Shown here: positions 36,810-48,344 of the stretch, one piece after another
How the letters are laid out: each line of letters begins with the position of its first letter
Numbering within the stretch: the first letter of the stretch is position 1
Source of the DNA: Mobula hypostoma
Taxonomy: Eukaryota
Direction: 5' to 3'
Assembly: GCF_963921235.1 (NCBI RefSeq)
Contig: NC_086097.1
Location: 30,072,001 to 30,136,000 of the forward strand
DNA length: 64,000 bases
The notes under the pieces: generated by a model
The model's database searches: none
The model's input: only the letters and a program-made list of their open reading frames with translations
Told to the model about the DNA's origin: nothing
Translations under genes and position numbers: made by a program

Positions 36810-38390
36810 GCAACAGCAGTAGTCTCGTGTCTCCACAGAAGGAACGTCATTGATGAACAGTTGAAAGTGGCTGTGTAGACAGACACTGCCCTGCAGTATT
36901 GTCCAGGGGCTATGATCGTTGACCCTCACAACCATTCTCTTCTGGGCAAAGTATGACTCCAACCATGCTAGTGATTTCCCCTTGATAGACATGCACGTCA
37001 ATTTTCTCAAGGTATTTTGATGCCATGCTAGATCACATGATTCTTGGTGTCACAGGTAGTCACTTACATCTCACCTGTGGAATTAAGCCCCTGGGTCCAT
37101 ATTTGGACCAAGACAACATGGTAGTGTAGCAGTTCGCATAACACTATGACAGCACAAGCAACCTGGGCTGAATTCCTTTGCTGTTTGCATGGAGCTTTGT
37201 AAACCCGTGACCGTGCAGGTTTCCTCCTACGTTCCAAAGATGTACCAGTTAGCAGGTTAATTGGTCACGTGGGTGTAATTGGGCAGCACAAACTCATTGA
37301 GACAGAAGGGCCTATTATCACCCAGTATCTCTAAATAAAGAAAAAATAAAAGTAATGGAGTTCTAAACCCAATAGTCCTTCCAAAATCCAGACTGGAGAT
37401 CGGTGAGCAGAATTGCATTTGCCAACATGTTCTGCAAGAATTGCTGAATAGATGACCCATCTCTGCTTCCTCATGAGATTCCACCTTCATTAAAATCAGT
37501 CTTCTAATAATTTGATACTCCCTACATGATATTAAGACATGGCTGCGAGTCTTGCTTACAAGTCAATGACTGCTAATGAGTACTGCTTGATAGGTCTGTT
37601 GATGATAGCTTCCAGTCCTTTTTTGATGTTTATGAACAGTCTAATCGGGCAATAATTAGCCAGACTGGATTTGTCCTTTTAGTGCACAGTACATATCTGG
37701 GCAGATTTCCTCATTGTTGGGGAGATGCCAGGATTATAATTGTACTGCAGCAGTTACTCTAGAGTCCCCGACTAGTTCAGGAGCACAAGCCTTCAGTAAA
37801 TATTACTGCTAGAAAAGCAAGGTCTCAGCCATGTCTTCATATCACGCAGAATGCATAAAATTGTTTTAAGGCTGATTTTAGTGATGGGTCATCTATTCAG
37901 CAATTCTTGCAGAACATAATCGCAATTGTTTCAGCTATTTTGTCAGCACCCACATGCCAGTCCTCACCATTGTTCACATTCAGATTTATTTATCACCTGT
38001 ACATCAAAACATACAGTGAAATGCATCATTTGTTTTAGCAACCAATACAACCTAGCGTTGTGCTGGGGGCAACCTATACATGTCGGCACACATCCCAGCA
38101 TCAACATCGCACGTCCACAATGTTCAGCAGAACAACACAAGTAACAACAGCTGCAAAACAAGCCCCTTTGCTTCTAAACACACTGAGTGGCCTCCAACCC
38201 TCCTGATGAATGAACTTCCTCTCATTAGCTGTTTAATTATTTCCTAACTACCACCATCACCAATCCCTACCCATACACAGCCAAGTATGGTAGGACTGCA
38301 CAGCTCCAATCTGATCGATTGGTAGTAATATAATTTTTCTGTTTATAGCATGCAGCTTTTGTTGCTTACACACATGCAGACTCTACTGCA
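36810..38390 (-). mobile_element. Very old CR1-like LINE remnants
   Basis: KGKSLAWLESYFAQKRMVV; KKDKSSLANYCPI-like remnant at ~37645-37680. Confidence 0.5.
37116..37345 (+). mobile_element. tRNA-derived SINE (V-SINE/HE1-like), decayed
   Basis: tRNA-like head, ggtttcctcc...ccaaaga core, A-rich end. Confidence 0.6.
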
Positions 38391-39435
38391 GCTTTGATCA
38401 GCTCTGAAAATCTTGCCTGGGCCCAATATATTGATGCAATTATGAAGAAATATAGCTAGCTCCTATATTTCAATATGTTTGAGGAGATTGATATGTCATC
38501 AAGTCTAGCAAATTTCTACAGATGTACCAAGGAAGGCATTCCGATTGTTTACATCACTGTCTGGTATAGAGGCGCCAATGCACAGGACCAGAAAAACCTG
38601 AAGAGGAATATAAACTCAGCCAGTTCCATCGCGGGCACAATCCTCCTCACCATCAAGGACAACTTTAAAAGGTGATGCCTCAAAAAGGCAGGATCCATCA
38701 TTAAGGACCCCCACCACTCAGGACATGCCCTCTTCTCATTGTAGTACATCGGGGAGGAGGTACAGGAGCCTGAAAACACACAACCAACGTTTTAGGAACA
38801 GCTTCTTCTGTTCAGATTTCCGAATAGTCCGTGAACACTACCTCACATATTTTGCACTCTTTCTGCAATACTTTTTTACATTTTAATATTCCTTATTTTA
38901 AGCTTACAGTATTTTTTATACACTGCACTTCAATGCTGCTGCAAAAACAAAAAAAAATCATGATGTGTGTCAGTGATAATAAACTTAATTTGATCCAGCT
39001 TCATTTTTAACCATCGTAGTTATGTTGGTGAATTTGTGCTCTTGTAACCTAGGTTACCAGCCCAAAATCAAAAATTCAAATCACAGACTATCAACTACAG
39101 AGGATTGAAAGTCAGTTAAATAAGTAATCTAGATTTTAAAATAAGACAGTACACCAATACTGTCAACCAAGTATTGTGAAGCCCACCTGTTTCTCTGAAG
39201 AAGGAAATTGCCATTACTTTGAGCTTGAGCCCCACTCCCACCTGCCCCCGTCCCAGGCAAGAGAAAAGTAATAAGACTGAGACCGCACCTGGAGCATTGT
39301 GTTCAGTTTTGGTCACTCTACTGTCTGAAAGGTGTGATTAAACTGGAAAGAGTGCAAAAAAGATTTACAAGGATGTTACCAGGACCTGAGGGACTGAGTT
39401 ATAGCGAGAAATTGAACAGGCTAGGACTTTGGATA

Positions 39436-39745
39436 GGGCAGCTCAGTAGCACAGCGTGAGGATAATGCTCAACAGCACTAGCAACCCGGGTTCAATTCCA
39501 GCACTGTCTGTGAGGAGACTGTATGCTTTCCTCATAGGTTTCCTCCGGGTGCTCCAATTTCCTCACACGTTCCAAAGACATACAGGCTCGTAAGGGTTAC
39601 TAAGTTGTGGGCATGCCACGTTGGTGCTGGAAGCATGGTGACACTAGCTGCCTGCCCCAGCACATTCTTGGACTGTGTTGGCCATTAGCACATATAAAGC
39701 ATTTCATTGTACATATTCGATGTACATGACCAATAAAATTAATCT
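39436..39745 (+). mobile_element. tRNA-derived SINE (V-SINE-like) inside a CR1 3' fragment (39270-40095)
   Basis: Box B GGTTCAATTCC at ~39489; gtttcctccgggtgctcc...ccaaagac core; caataaa end. Confidence 0.7.
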
Positions 39746-40469
39746 CTTTATTCCTTAGAGCATAGGAGACTGAGAGGCATCTTACAGAGGTATATAAAAT
39801 CATGAGGGATGTAGACGGTCTTTATCCGAGGATTGGTGAATCAAGAACTAGAAGGCAGAGGTTTAAGGTGTAAGAGGAGAGATTTAATGGACACTTGAGG
39901 GGTAACATTTTTTACAGAAAGGGCGTCATCTATTTGGAATAAGATGCCAGAGGAAGTGGCTGAGGCAGGTACAACAACTTTTAAAAGGTTTAGAGGGTAT
40001 GGACCAAACACCAGCAAATAGGACTAGCTTGGATGGGATATCTTGGTCAGCATGCATCAGTTGGGCTGAAGGCCCGTTTCTGCGCTGTGACTCTATCCCG
40101 ATGGTTCAAAACAACGCCCCAGCTGAGACCTATCTAGTGAATTAAAGTGCCAAGCACAAAGTATTAATGGTAATTATTTCCATTTCTTTCAGGAACTTTG
40201 ACATACACCAGCTTGCTCCGCTCCTGCACTCCCTTGAAATGTTTCTTCATATTTGATTCTTCCTGTTCTTCCTCCAAAAATGCATTACTTTTGATTAGGT
40301 AATAGAAATTGATGAATGGGATGTGTAGACAGCATCCACATAGAGCTTTTAAAGTTCTCTTCCATTGCGTAACTGATCTGAGTTCCAAGGAATGAAAAGG
40401 ATATCAGCAGCACCAAGAATGAACTGACTTAAAGGCAAAAGCAGAGAATAGAGCTTATAAACTTGGTAT

Positions 40470-40880
40470 GTGAGCACAGCGGTTAACCTAACACTTCACA
40501 GTGCCAGTGATTCAGGTTCATTTCCCACTGCTGTCTGTAAGGAGTTTGCACAGACCAGATGTGACGAGCGGCATGGTAGTGCTTAACATAATTACAGCAC
40601 CAGAGATCAGTGATTGGGGTTCAATTCCCACTGCTGTCAGCAAGGAATTTGTATGTTCTCCCTGCAACTGCATGTTTTTTTTTCCTGGGTGCTCTGGTTT
40701 CCTGTCACATTCTAAAGACATATGGGTTAAGTTAATAAGGGCATGCTAGTTTGGCATCAGAAACATGGTAACACTGGCAGGCTTCCCCTAGTACATCCAC
40801 CTTCTGTGTTGGGTCAGTGACGCAAACACATTTAACTGCATGTTTCAATATGCATGTGACAAATAATGCTAATCTAATCC
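40470..40880 (+). mobile_element. tRNA-derived SINE with two tandem heads
   Basis: Box B-like ggttcatttccc (~40516) and ggttcaattccc (~40618); V-core gggtgctctggtttcct. Confidence 0.65.
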
Positions 40881-41835
40881 CTGTAAGACATACACTGCAT
40901 GTAGCACTGAGGGCAGGTTTATAGTGTCAAGGGGCTGCAGCTGGACAGCATTCAGTCCTGTGCTGACAGGTGAAGTGGAGATGGTTGAGGGCTTCAAGTT
41001 CCTAAGCGTAAATATCACCAACAGCTTGTCCTGATCCTAGGTGTTATGGCCAAGAAAACACACCAGTGCTTCTACTTCCTCATGCTTCATTGTGCCCTGC
41101 CCCCTGACTCTCACCTGTTTTTATAGTCAGACCATAGAAATCATCTTAACTGGATGCATCACTGCTTGATATGGCAACTGCTCTGCAGAGATGTGAACAC
41201 ACCTCAGTCCGTCAAAAAAAACCATCTTTCCCTCAGTGGACACTGTCTATACTTCTTGCTGCCTCAGAAAAGCACCCAGCAGAAACAAAGATTGCTCCCA
41301 ACCTGGGCATTCTCTCTTCTCCCCTGCCCCATTTGCAGAAGATATGTACCACGAGACCAAGGACACAGCTTCTGCCCTGCTGTTATAAGGTTCTTGAATG
41401 GATCGCTTTTGCATTAATAATGAACTTGAGTTCATACTACTTCGAAATGACTCTTGCATTTTATTATCCTGTGCACCACTTTCTCCGTAAATCTAACATT
41501 TATTCTACACTCTATTATTGCTTTCCCTTGTACTACCTAGATGTATGCTATGTTTTGAAATTATCTACATGGTTTGCAAAATTAACCTTTTCACTGCATC
41601 ACGGTTCATAGTGCTACACAGCACGAAAAAAGGGCCCTTCAGCCCAACTGGTTCATGCTGACCAAGATGTCCTATTTGATAGTGTTTGGCCCATAACCTT
41701 CAAAACTTTTCCAATCCATGTACCTGTCCAACCATCTTTTAACAGTTATTTTACCTACCTCAATTACTTTCTCTGGCAGCTCATTCCATATATGGATATA
41801 CCACCCTATGTATAAAACAGTTGCTCACTTCAATT

Positions 41836-42032
41836 CCCCCACCTTCCCACTCACCTGGTCTCACTACCACCCGCCAGCCTGTACTCCTTCCCCTTCCCCC
41901 ACTTCCTTATTCTGGTTTCTTTCCTCTTCCTTTTCAGTCCTGATGAAGGGTTTCAACCCAAAACATACACTGTTTATTCCTCTCCATAAACGTAGCCTGA
42001 CCTGCTGAGTTCCTTCAGCATTTTGTGTGTGT
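41836..42032 (+). mobile_element. Old PLE terminus with degenerate hammerhead (41936-41971)
   Basis: agtc ctgatga a ggg tttcaa ccc aaaa...cctgacctgctgagttcc. Confidence 0.7.
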
Positions 42033-42459
42033 CCCTCGAGTTCTGCTGAAATCTTCCTCCTTTCACCTTAGTCCTATGCCCTCTAATGCATAATACCCCA
42101 TCTCTGGGTAAAGGACAGTTCACTCAGCATATCTATGCTCCTCATGATTTTATACACTTATATAAGATCACCTTTCAGTATCCTGCACTCAAGCAAATAA
42201 AGTCCTAGTCTGTCCAACTGCCTCTCCCTCTAAATCAGCCCTCAGTTATTGGAAGCATTCTCGTAAATCTTTTCTGTACCCTTTCCAGTTTAATAACAAC
42301 TTTCCTATAGCAGGGTGACCAAAGCTGAACACAATACTCCAAGTGTGTCCCCATCAATGTCCTGTAGAACTGTACCATGTGCTGCCAATTTTTATACTTA
42401 ATGTCCTAAGTTCTTCACTACCATGTCTACCTGTGACTCCACTTTCAAGGAACTAAATA

Positions 42460-44510
42460 AAAATCATAAAGAAGGAGAAGATGGAATACAAAGGTAATCT
42501 AGCCAATAATATTAAAGAGAGAACCAAAATCTCTACATATAAAATACAAATGAAAGACTAGGGTTGATATCGGACCACTAGAAAATGACGCTGGAGGGGT
42601 AGTAATGGGTTATAATGAAATAGCATACTGAATAAGTATTTTGCATCAGTCTTCACTGTGGAAGACATTAGCAACTGCTGGAAGTTTAAGAGTGTAAAAT
42701 TGCCATTACTAGAAAGAAGGTTCTTTGGAAACTGAAAATCTGAAGGTAGATAAGTTACCTGGACCAGATGGTGTACACCCCAGGGTTCTGAAAGATGTGA
42801 AGAGTTTGTGGAGGCATTACTAGTGATCTTTCAAGAAATCAATAGATTCCAGAGGAATAGAAAATTGCAAATGTCACACCACTCTTCAAGAAGGGAGAGA
42901 GGCAGAAGAAAGATAATTACAGGCCAGTTAGTCTGACCTCAATGGTCGGAAAATGTTAGAGTCAACTGTTAAGGATGCAGTTTCAGGGTACTTGGGAGAC
43001 ACATGATAAAATAGGCTATAGTCAACATGGTTTCCTTAAAAGGAAATCTTGCCTGAGAAATCTGTTGAAATTCTTTGAAGAAATATCAAGTGGGATAGAC
43101 AAACGAGAATCAGTTGATGTTGGGTAGTTGGATTTTCAGAAGGCCTTTGACAAAGTGCCACACATGAAGCTGCTTTACAAGTTAAGAGCCCATGGTATTA
43201 TAGCATTGATAGAGCATTGGATGGTTGGCAGGAAAAAAGAGAATGGTAATAAAGGGAACCTTTTCTGGTCAGCTGCCAGTGATTATTGATGTTCCACAAG
43301 GGTCTGTGTTGGGACAATTTCTTTTTACGCCATATGCAAATGATTTGGATGATGGAATTATGAGGAAATCAGCGGACGATGGAATTATGAGGAAATCTGC
43401 AGATGCTGGAATTTCAAGCAACCCACATAAAAATTGCTGGTGAACACAGCAGGCCAGGCAGCATCTACAGGAAGAAGTACAGTCGACATTTCAGGCCGAG
43501 ACCCTTCATCAGGACTAACTGAAAGAAGAGATAGTAAGAGATTTGAAAGGGATTTGAGGATGATGGAATTGATGACTTTGTGGCCAAGTTTTCAGGCGAT
43601 ACGAAGATAGTTGGAAAGGCATGTCAGTTTGAGGAAGTAGGGAGGCTAGAGAAGGACAGACAGATTAGGAGAATGGGCAAAGATGTAGTAGATGAAATAC
43701 AGTGTCAGAAAGTGTTTGGTCATGCATTTTGGTAGAAGATATAAAAGCATAGACTATTTTCTAAATGGAGAGAAAATTTAAAAATCTGAGGTAAAACGGG
43801 ATTTGGGAATCCTCATGCAGGATTCTCTAAAGGTTAATTTGCAGGTTGAGTCTGTGGTGAGGAAGGCAATTGAATGTTAGCATTCATTTTGAGAGGATTA
43901 GAATACAAAAGCAAGGATGTAATACTGAGGCTTTATAAATCACTCATTAAACCTCACCTGGAGTATAGTGAGCAGTTTTGGTTCCCCTTACCTAGGAAAG
44001 AATTATGCTGACATTGGAGAGGGTTCAAAAGAGGTTCTCAAAAATGATTCCTGGATGAACAGCTTGTCATATGAAGAGCTTTTGATGCCTCTGGGTCTCT
44101 ATTCACTGTCATTCAGAAGAATAAGGGGTGGCCTCATTGAAACCTATCAAATGTTGCAAGGCCTCAATGGAGTGGATGTGGAGATGTTTTCTATGGTGGG
44201 TGAGTCTAAGACCAGAGGACAAAGCCTCAGAATAGAAGGGCGTCCCTTTAGAACAGAGATGAGGAGGAATTTATTCAGCCAGAGAATTGCGAATCTGTGG
44301 AATTTGTCACAATTGGGGGGGGGGGAGGCTGTCATTTGGTACACTTAAGGGATAGGTTGGTAGATTCTTGTTTAGTCAGGGCATGAAAGGATACAAGGAG
44401 AAGGCAGGAGATTGGGGCTGAGAGACAAAATAGATCAACCATTATGAAATAGTGGAGCAGACTTGATGGGCCAAATAGCCTAATTCTGCTCCTATATCTT
44501 ATGGTCTTAG
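42460..44510 (+). mobile_element. Decayed CR1 ORF2 3' half
   Basis: [20 protein letters not shown] remnant, tcttatggtctta tail. Confidence 0.85.
43360..43557 (-). mobile_element. PLE-terminus mini-insertion with hammerhead (43481-43516, minus strand)
   Basis: Minus strand: AGTC CTGATGA AGG GTCTCGG CCT GAAA TG TC GACT; TSD ggatgatggaatt at 43347-43359 and 43558-43570. Confidence 0.88.
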
Positions 44511-44973
44511 GGAACCATGTCCTTGTACTCCAAGGTCCTTCTGTCTAAAACACTTCCCAGGGGCTAGTTATTGACTCTGAAAGTCCTTCCTCGATCCAAC
44601 TTTCCAAAATGCATCACCTTGCACTTATCTGACATAATAAGCCAATCCGAATCCCATCCTGGCCACGTGGAATTTAAATTCACACAAGGTTACCAATCCA
44701 AAACAGTTACTCTGTTTCTCACCACAAATACTGCCAATATTTCCAGCAGTTTTAATCTTTCTTTCAGATTTCTAGCATCTTTGCTTTTCCATTTTGAACC
44801 ATACTGTGATCTCTCACCCACAATAATGCAGTTAACTTTCAACGGCTCAGCAAATCACTCAATTCATATATGGTGTAAGAGAGGAACAGTATCATTTTAA
44901 CTCATGTTGCTTTAAAATGAGTAAAATGATTTACAGACTTCACTGAGGGCAATTCTTGAGGCTCGAGATGTCT

Positions 44974-45340
44974 ATTTCCATGGTGATCAGTAGCCAGCCA
45001 TTGATGAAGGCTCGTGTTAAAGTAGATGTTTGCGTAGTTTAGATATTACAGTGAAGTGAGATGTTGGAGAAGCTGAAGGCTGATTAGAAATCTAATATAG
45101 AAGGCTGGATCGTTAACGCATTGCCATAGCAACAAAACAGCAAAGAGTATATAAAAAACATCTAGCCTCATTTGAGAGAGAAGGCAGTTTCTAGGGTCTG
45201 CATTCTTTAATTTAAAAGCGCACTGTGATGCAAACAGTTTGTATTTGCAGGCAACAAATTCAGTTCCCTCACTGCTCCCTGCCCCCACCCAGAGCACTTA
45301 AAACAAGTAATAATCAGTAGAGGGACTGTTCCGCCCACAG
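44974..45340. promoter_or_regulatory. Candidate promoter or enhancer island (RFX X-box, TATA, CACCC and GC boxes)
   Basis: ATTGCCATAGCAAC 45120-45133; ATTTCCATGGTGAT 44974-44987; TATATAAA 45148-45155; no recognisable repeat. Confidence 0.3.
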
Positions 45341-46942
45341 CCTCCCACCCACAGATTAACTGCTAGTCTCCCTTCTCAGACTCTTGTCAAGTAATATGTT
45401 TTTGGACAGCAAGTATGTGTTTTTAGCAAAAAAGACAGAGGAGCAGATTGAAGGCAGATTCCAGGGTTATTGCCAAGGTGATTTAACTTCCCTAGTACTG
45501 ATTGTCACCATCTTTTTGCAAAAGGTTTAGGTGGGGCAGAATTTGTTAGTTATAATACATAGATCAACTGACTAGAGGAGAGGCCACACTGGATCTGGTA
45601 TTAAGTAATGAACCTGGTCAGGTGACAGATCTCTTGGTGGGTATTTTGGAGACACTGACTACAACTCCCTGTCTTTTACCATAGTCTTGCACAGGGATAG
45701 AAGCAGGAGGACAAGAAGTGACTTGATAAAGGTGTACAAAATAAGAGGCATGGATAGAGTTAACAGCTAGAGATATTTTCCACAGGGTGAAAATTGCTAA
45801 TGTGATTTTTTAAAACAGAGTGGTAGGTGCATGGAATGCACTGCAGGGGGTGGTAGGAAAGGCATAAATATTTGGGACATTTAAGAAACTCTTAGATAGG
45901 CACATGGGTGATACAAAAATCTACGGCTATATGGGAGGGAAGGGATTGATTGATCTTGGACTAGGTTAAAAGCAGCACAATATCGTGAGCCAAAGGGACT
46001 GTACTGTGCTGCACTGTTCCATGTTCTATGGAAGAGAAGTTCAATGGGAAATGAAGGGCATGATTACCCTGCACCTTCCACTATTTCGGGATGGCCTAAA
46101 GTGCGTCACAGTGCAAAGTAGGAACCCAGGAGTGAAATTACACACATTATAACTACAGAGAATAGAAGACTCTGCGTAGTATATCACAGGCAAATCGCTT
46201 CTCACCATCAGTAGTATCTACAGGAGGTGCTACTTAAGAAGGCAATGTTCAATATCAAAGAAATCCACCATCTGGACCATGCCATCGAACAGAAGCCTAA
46301 AGTCTTACACCACCAGGTTCGGGAACACCTACTTCCCTTCAACCATTCAGTTCCTGAACCAGCTGGTCCAACCTTTATCACTACAGTTTAGAAACTATGT
46401 AACCACTTTAATTATTTTGAACTGAAATGGACTTTGCTTTTGTTTTGTTCTACTTGTATTGGTATTGGTATTATTATCACATGTACCAAGATACAGTGAA
46501 AAGCTTGTCCTGCATACTGTTCATACAGGTCACATCATTACATAAACATTTTATACAGCACATTTCACTGTCATGTTTCGATTAGATAAATAATCTGAAT
46601 CAGAATCTGATAGTGCATTGAGGTAAACTAACAGCAATGCAGAATGAAGTGTAAAAGCTGCAGAGAAAGCACAGTGCACGTAAACAATACGGTGCAAGGT
46701 CATAATAAGGAAGATTGTGAGGTCAAGAGTCCATTCTGAGTCTGATAACAGCAAGAAAGAAGTTGTATTTGAACCTGCTTTTGTATCTTCTGCCTGATGG
46801 GAGAGGGAGTAAAGAAAATGTCCGGATGGGTAGCTTATTTAATTATGCTGGCTGCTTTACTGAGGCAGCAAGAAGTATCAACAGAGTCCATGAAGATAAG
46901 GCTCTAGGTTCTTTCTAGTAAAAATGGTGTATAATTTATGTT

Positions 46943-47160
46943 ACACACATCAAAGTTGCTGGTGAACGCAGCAGGCCAGGCAGCGTCTCTAGGAAGAGGT
47001 ACAGTCGACGTTTCAGGCCGAGACTGAGTCCTGACGAAGGGTCTCGGCCTGAAACGTCGACTGTACCTCTTCCTAGAGACGCTGCCTGGCTTGCTGCGTT
47101 CACCAGCAATTTTGATGAGTGTTGCTTGAATTTCCAGCATCTGCAGAATTCCTGTTGTTT
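46943..47160 (+). mobile_element. Fold-back PLE-derived mini-element containing an intact hammerhead
   Basis: 82-bp arms 46943-47024 and 47041-47122; TSD gtataatttatgtt at 46929-46942 and 47163-47176. Confidence 0.93.
47027..47062 (+). ncRNA. Minimal type I hammerhead ribozyme, intact core
   Basis: AGTC CTGACGA AGG GTCTCGG CCT GAAA CG TC/GACT, identical to 26391-26426. Confidence 0.8.
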
Positions 47161-47454
47161 GCGTATAATTTATGTTTATGGTTTCCTTGTGAGTGCAGTT
47201 TATCTGATGCTATGTGCCTGTGATGCTGCTGCAAGTAAGTTTATCACTATACCCGGGCACACATGGACTTGCGCAGATGACAATAAGATCCGCTAAGCTC
47301 CCACAAGTTATCCACATAATCATCCCAAGGACTCTCTGCCTTACTTATAAACAGACCATGTGATATTTGACATCCACCTTTGAGTGCAGAAAGGAACACG
47401 GTTTAATGTCTCAACTGTAATACTTCCTGGCAATGTGATGGACCCAAAGAGATT

Positions 47455-47592
47455 CCGGAGCAACACAGACAGGTCAGGCAGCATCCATGGGGAGGAATGG
47501 GACTGTTGAAGTGTCTCAGCCCAAAACATCAACTGTTTCTCTCCATAGATGTTGCCTCACCTGCTGAGTTTCTCCAGCACTTTGTGTGTTGT
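47455..47592. mobile_element. Degenerate fold-back PLE-terminus remnant
   Basis: caggtcaggcagcatccatggggag pairs with ctctccatagatgttgcctcacctg. Confidence 0.6.
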
Positions 47593-48092
47593 GTTGCCCA
47601 GTGATGAACCTCTTGTTAAACCAGATGCTTGGTAGGATAGAAATTTCAGCAAAACAAACTGTAAAAGGTAAATCTAATGGTAGAATTGAAATCTAATACA
47701 GATGACTGGATGGTAAATTGATTACAACAATAACAGAGCAAAGACTAAAAATATAATCTTGCCTTCTCTGATAGAGAATGCTATGTCAAAGCAGTATTTC
47801 AAAGACGCTGCACGGATTGTCAGCATTAAGTTTGTGCTCCAACAGACCAGGGTAGGCAAAGTCAGGGAACGGATAACAGTGTGACTGGTAGGCAGCAGGC
47901 AGATCAGGGGTAGAAGGCTGCTGCTCAGAATGGTCAGAGGAGAAATAGGTCCCATAAGAGCAGAATTAGGCCATTTAGCCCATTGAGGCTGCTCCACCAC
48001 TTCATCATGATTAATCCTTTTTCCCTCTCAGCCCCAATCTCCTGCCTTCTCCTTGTATCCCTTCATGCGCTGACCAATCAAGAATCTAAATA

Positions 48093-48311
48093 CAAACAAC
48101 AGGAATTCTGCTGATGCTGGAAATTCAAGCAACACACATAAAAGTTGCTGGTGAATGCAGCAGGCCAGGCAGCATCTCTAGGAAGAGGTGCAGTCGACGT
48201 TTCAGGCCGACACAGTCCTGACGAAGGGTCTCGGCCTGAAACATCGACTGCACCTCTTCCTAGAGATGCTGCCTGGCCTGCTGCGTTCACCAGCAACTTT
48301 TATGTGTGTTG
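48093..48311. mobile_element. Fold-back PLE-derived mini-element with hammerhead (48214-48249; ACGT changed to ACAT)
   Basis: 85-bp arms 48129-48213 and 48228-48312; TSD caagaatctaaata at 48079-48092 and 48312-48325. Confidence 0.93.
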
Positions 48312-48344
48312 CAAGAATCTAAATATGTGTCTTTAAATATTCTA

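Noticed and set aside
40230..40300. Gla-domain-like NAFLEE on the minus strand
   Set aside because: No downstream ERECxEExC motif
47027..48249. Functional hammerhead dimer between the copies at 47027 and 48214
   Set aside because: Each would be sequestered in its own long hairpin and the second has lost the ACGT palindrome
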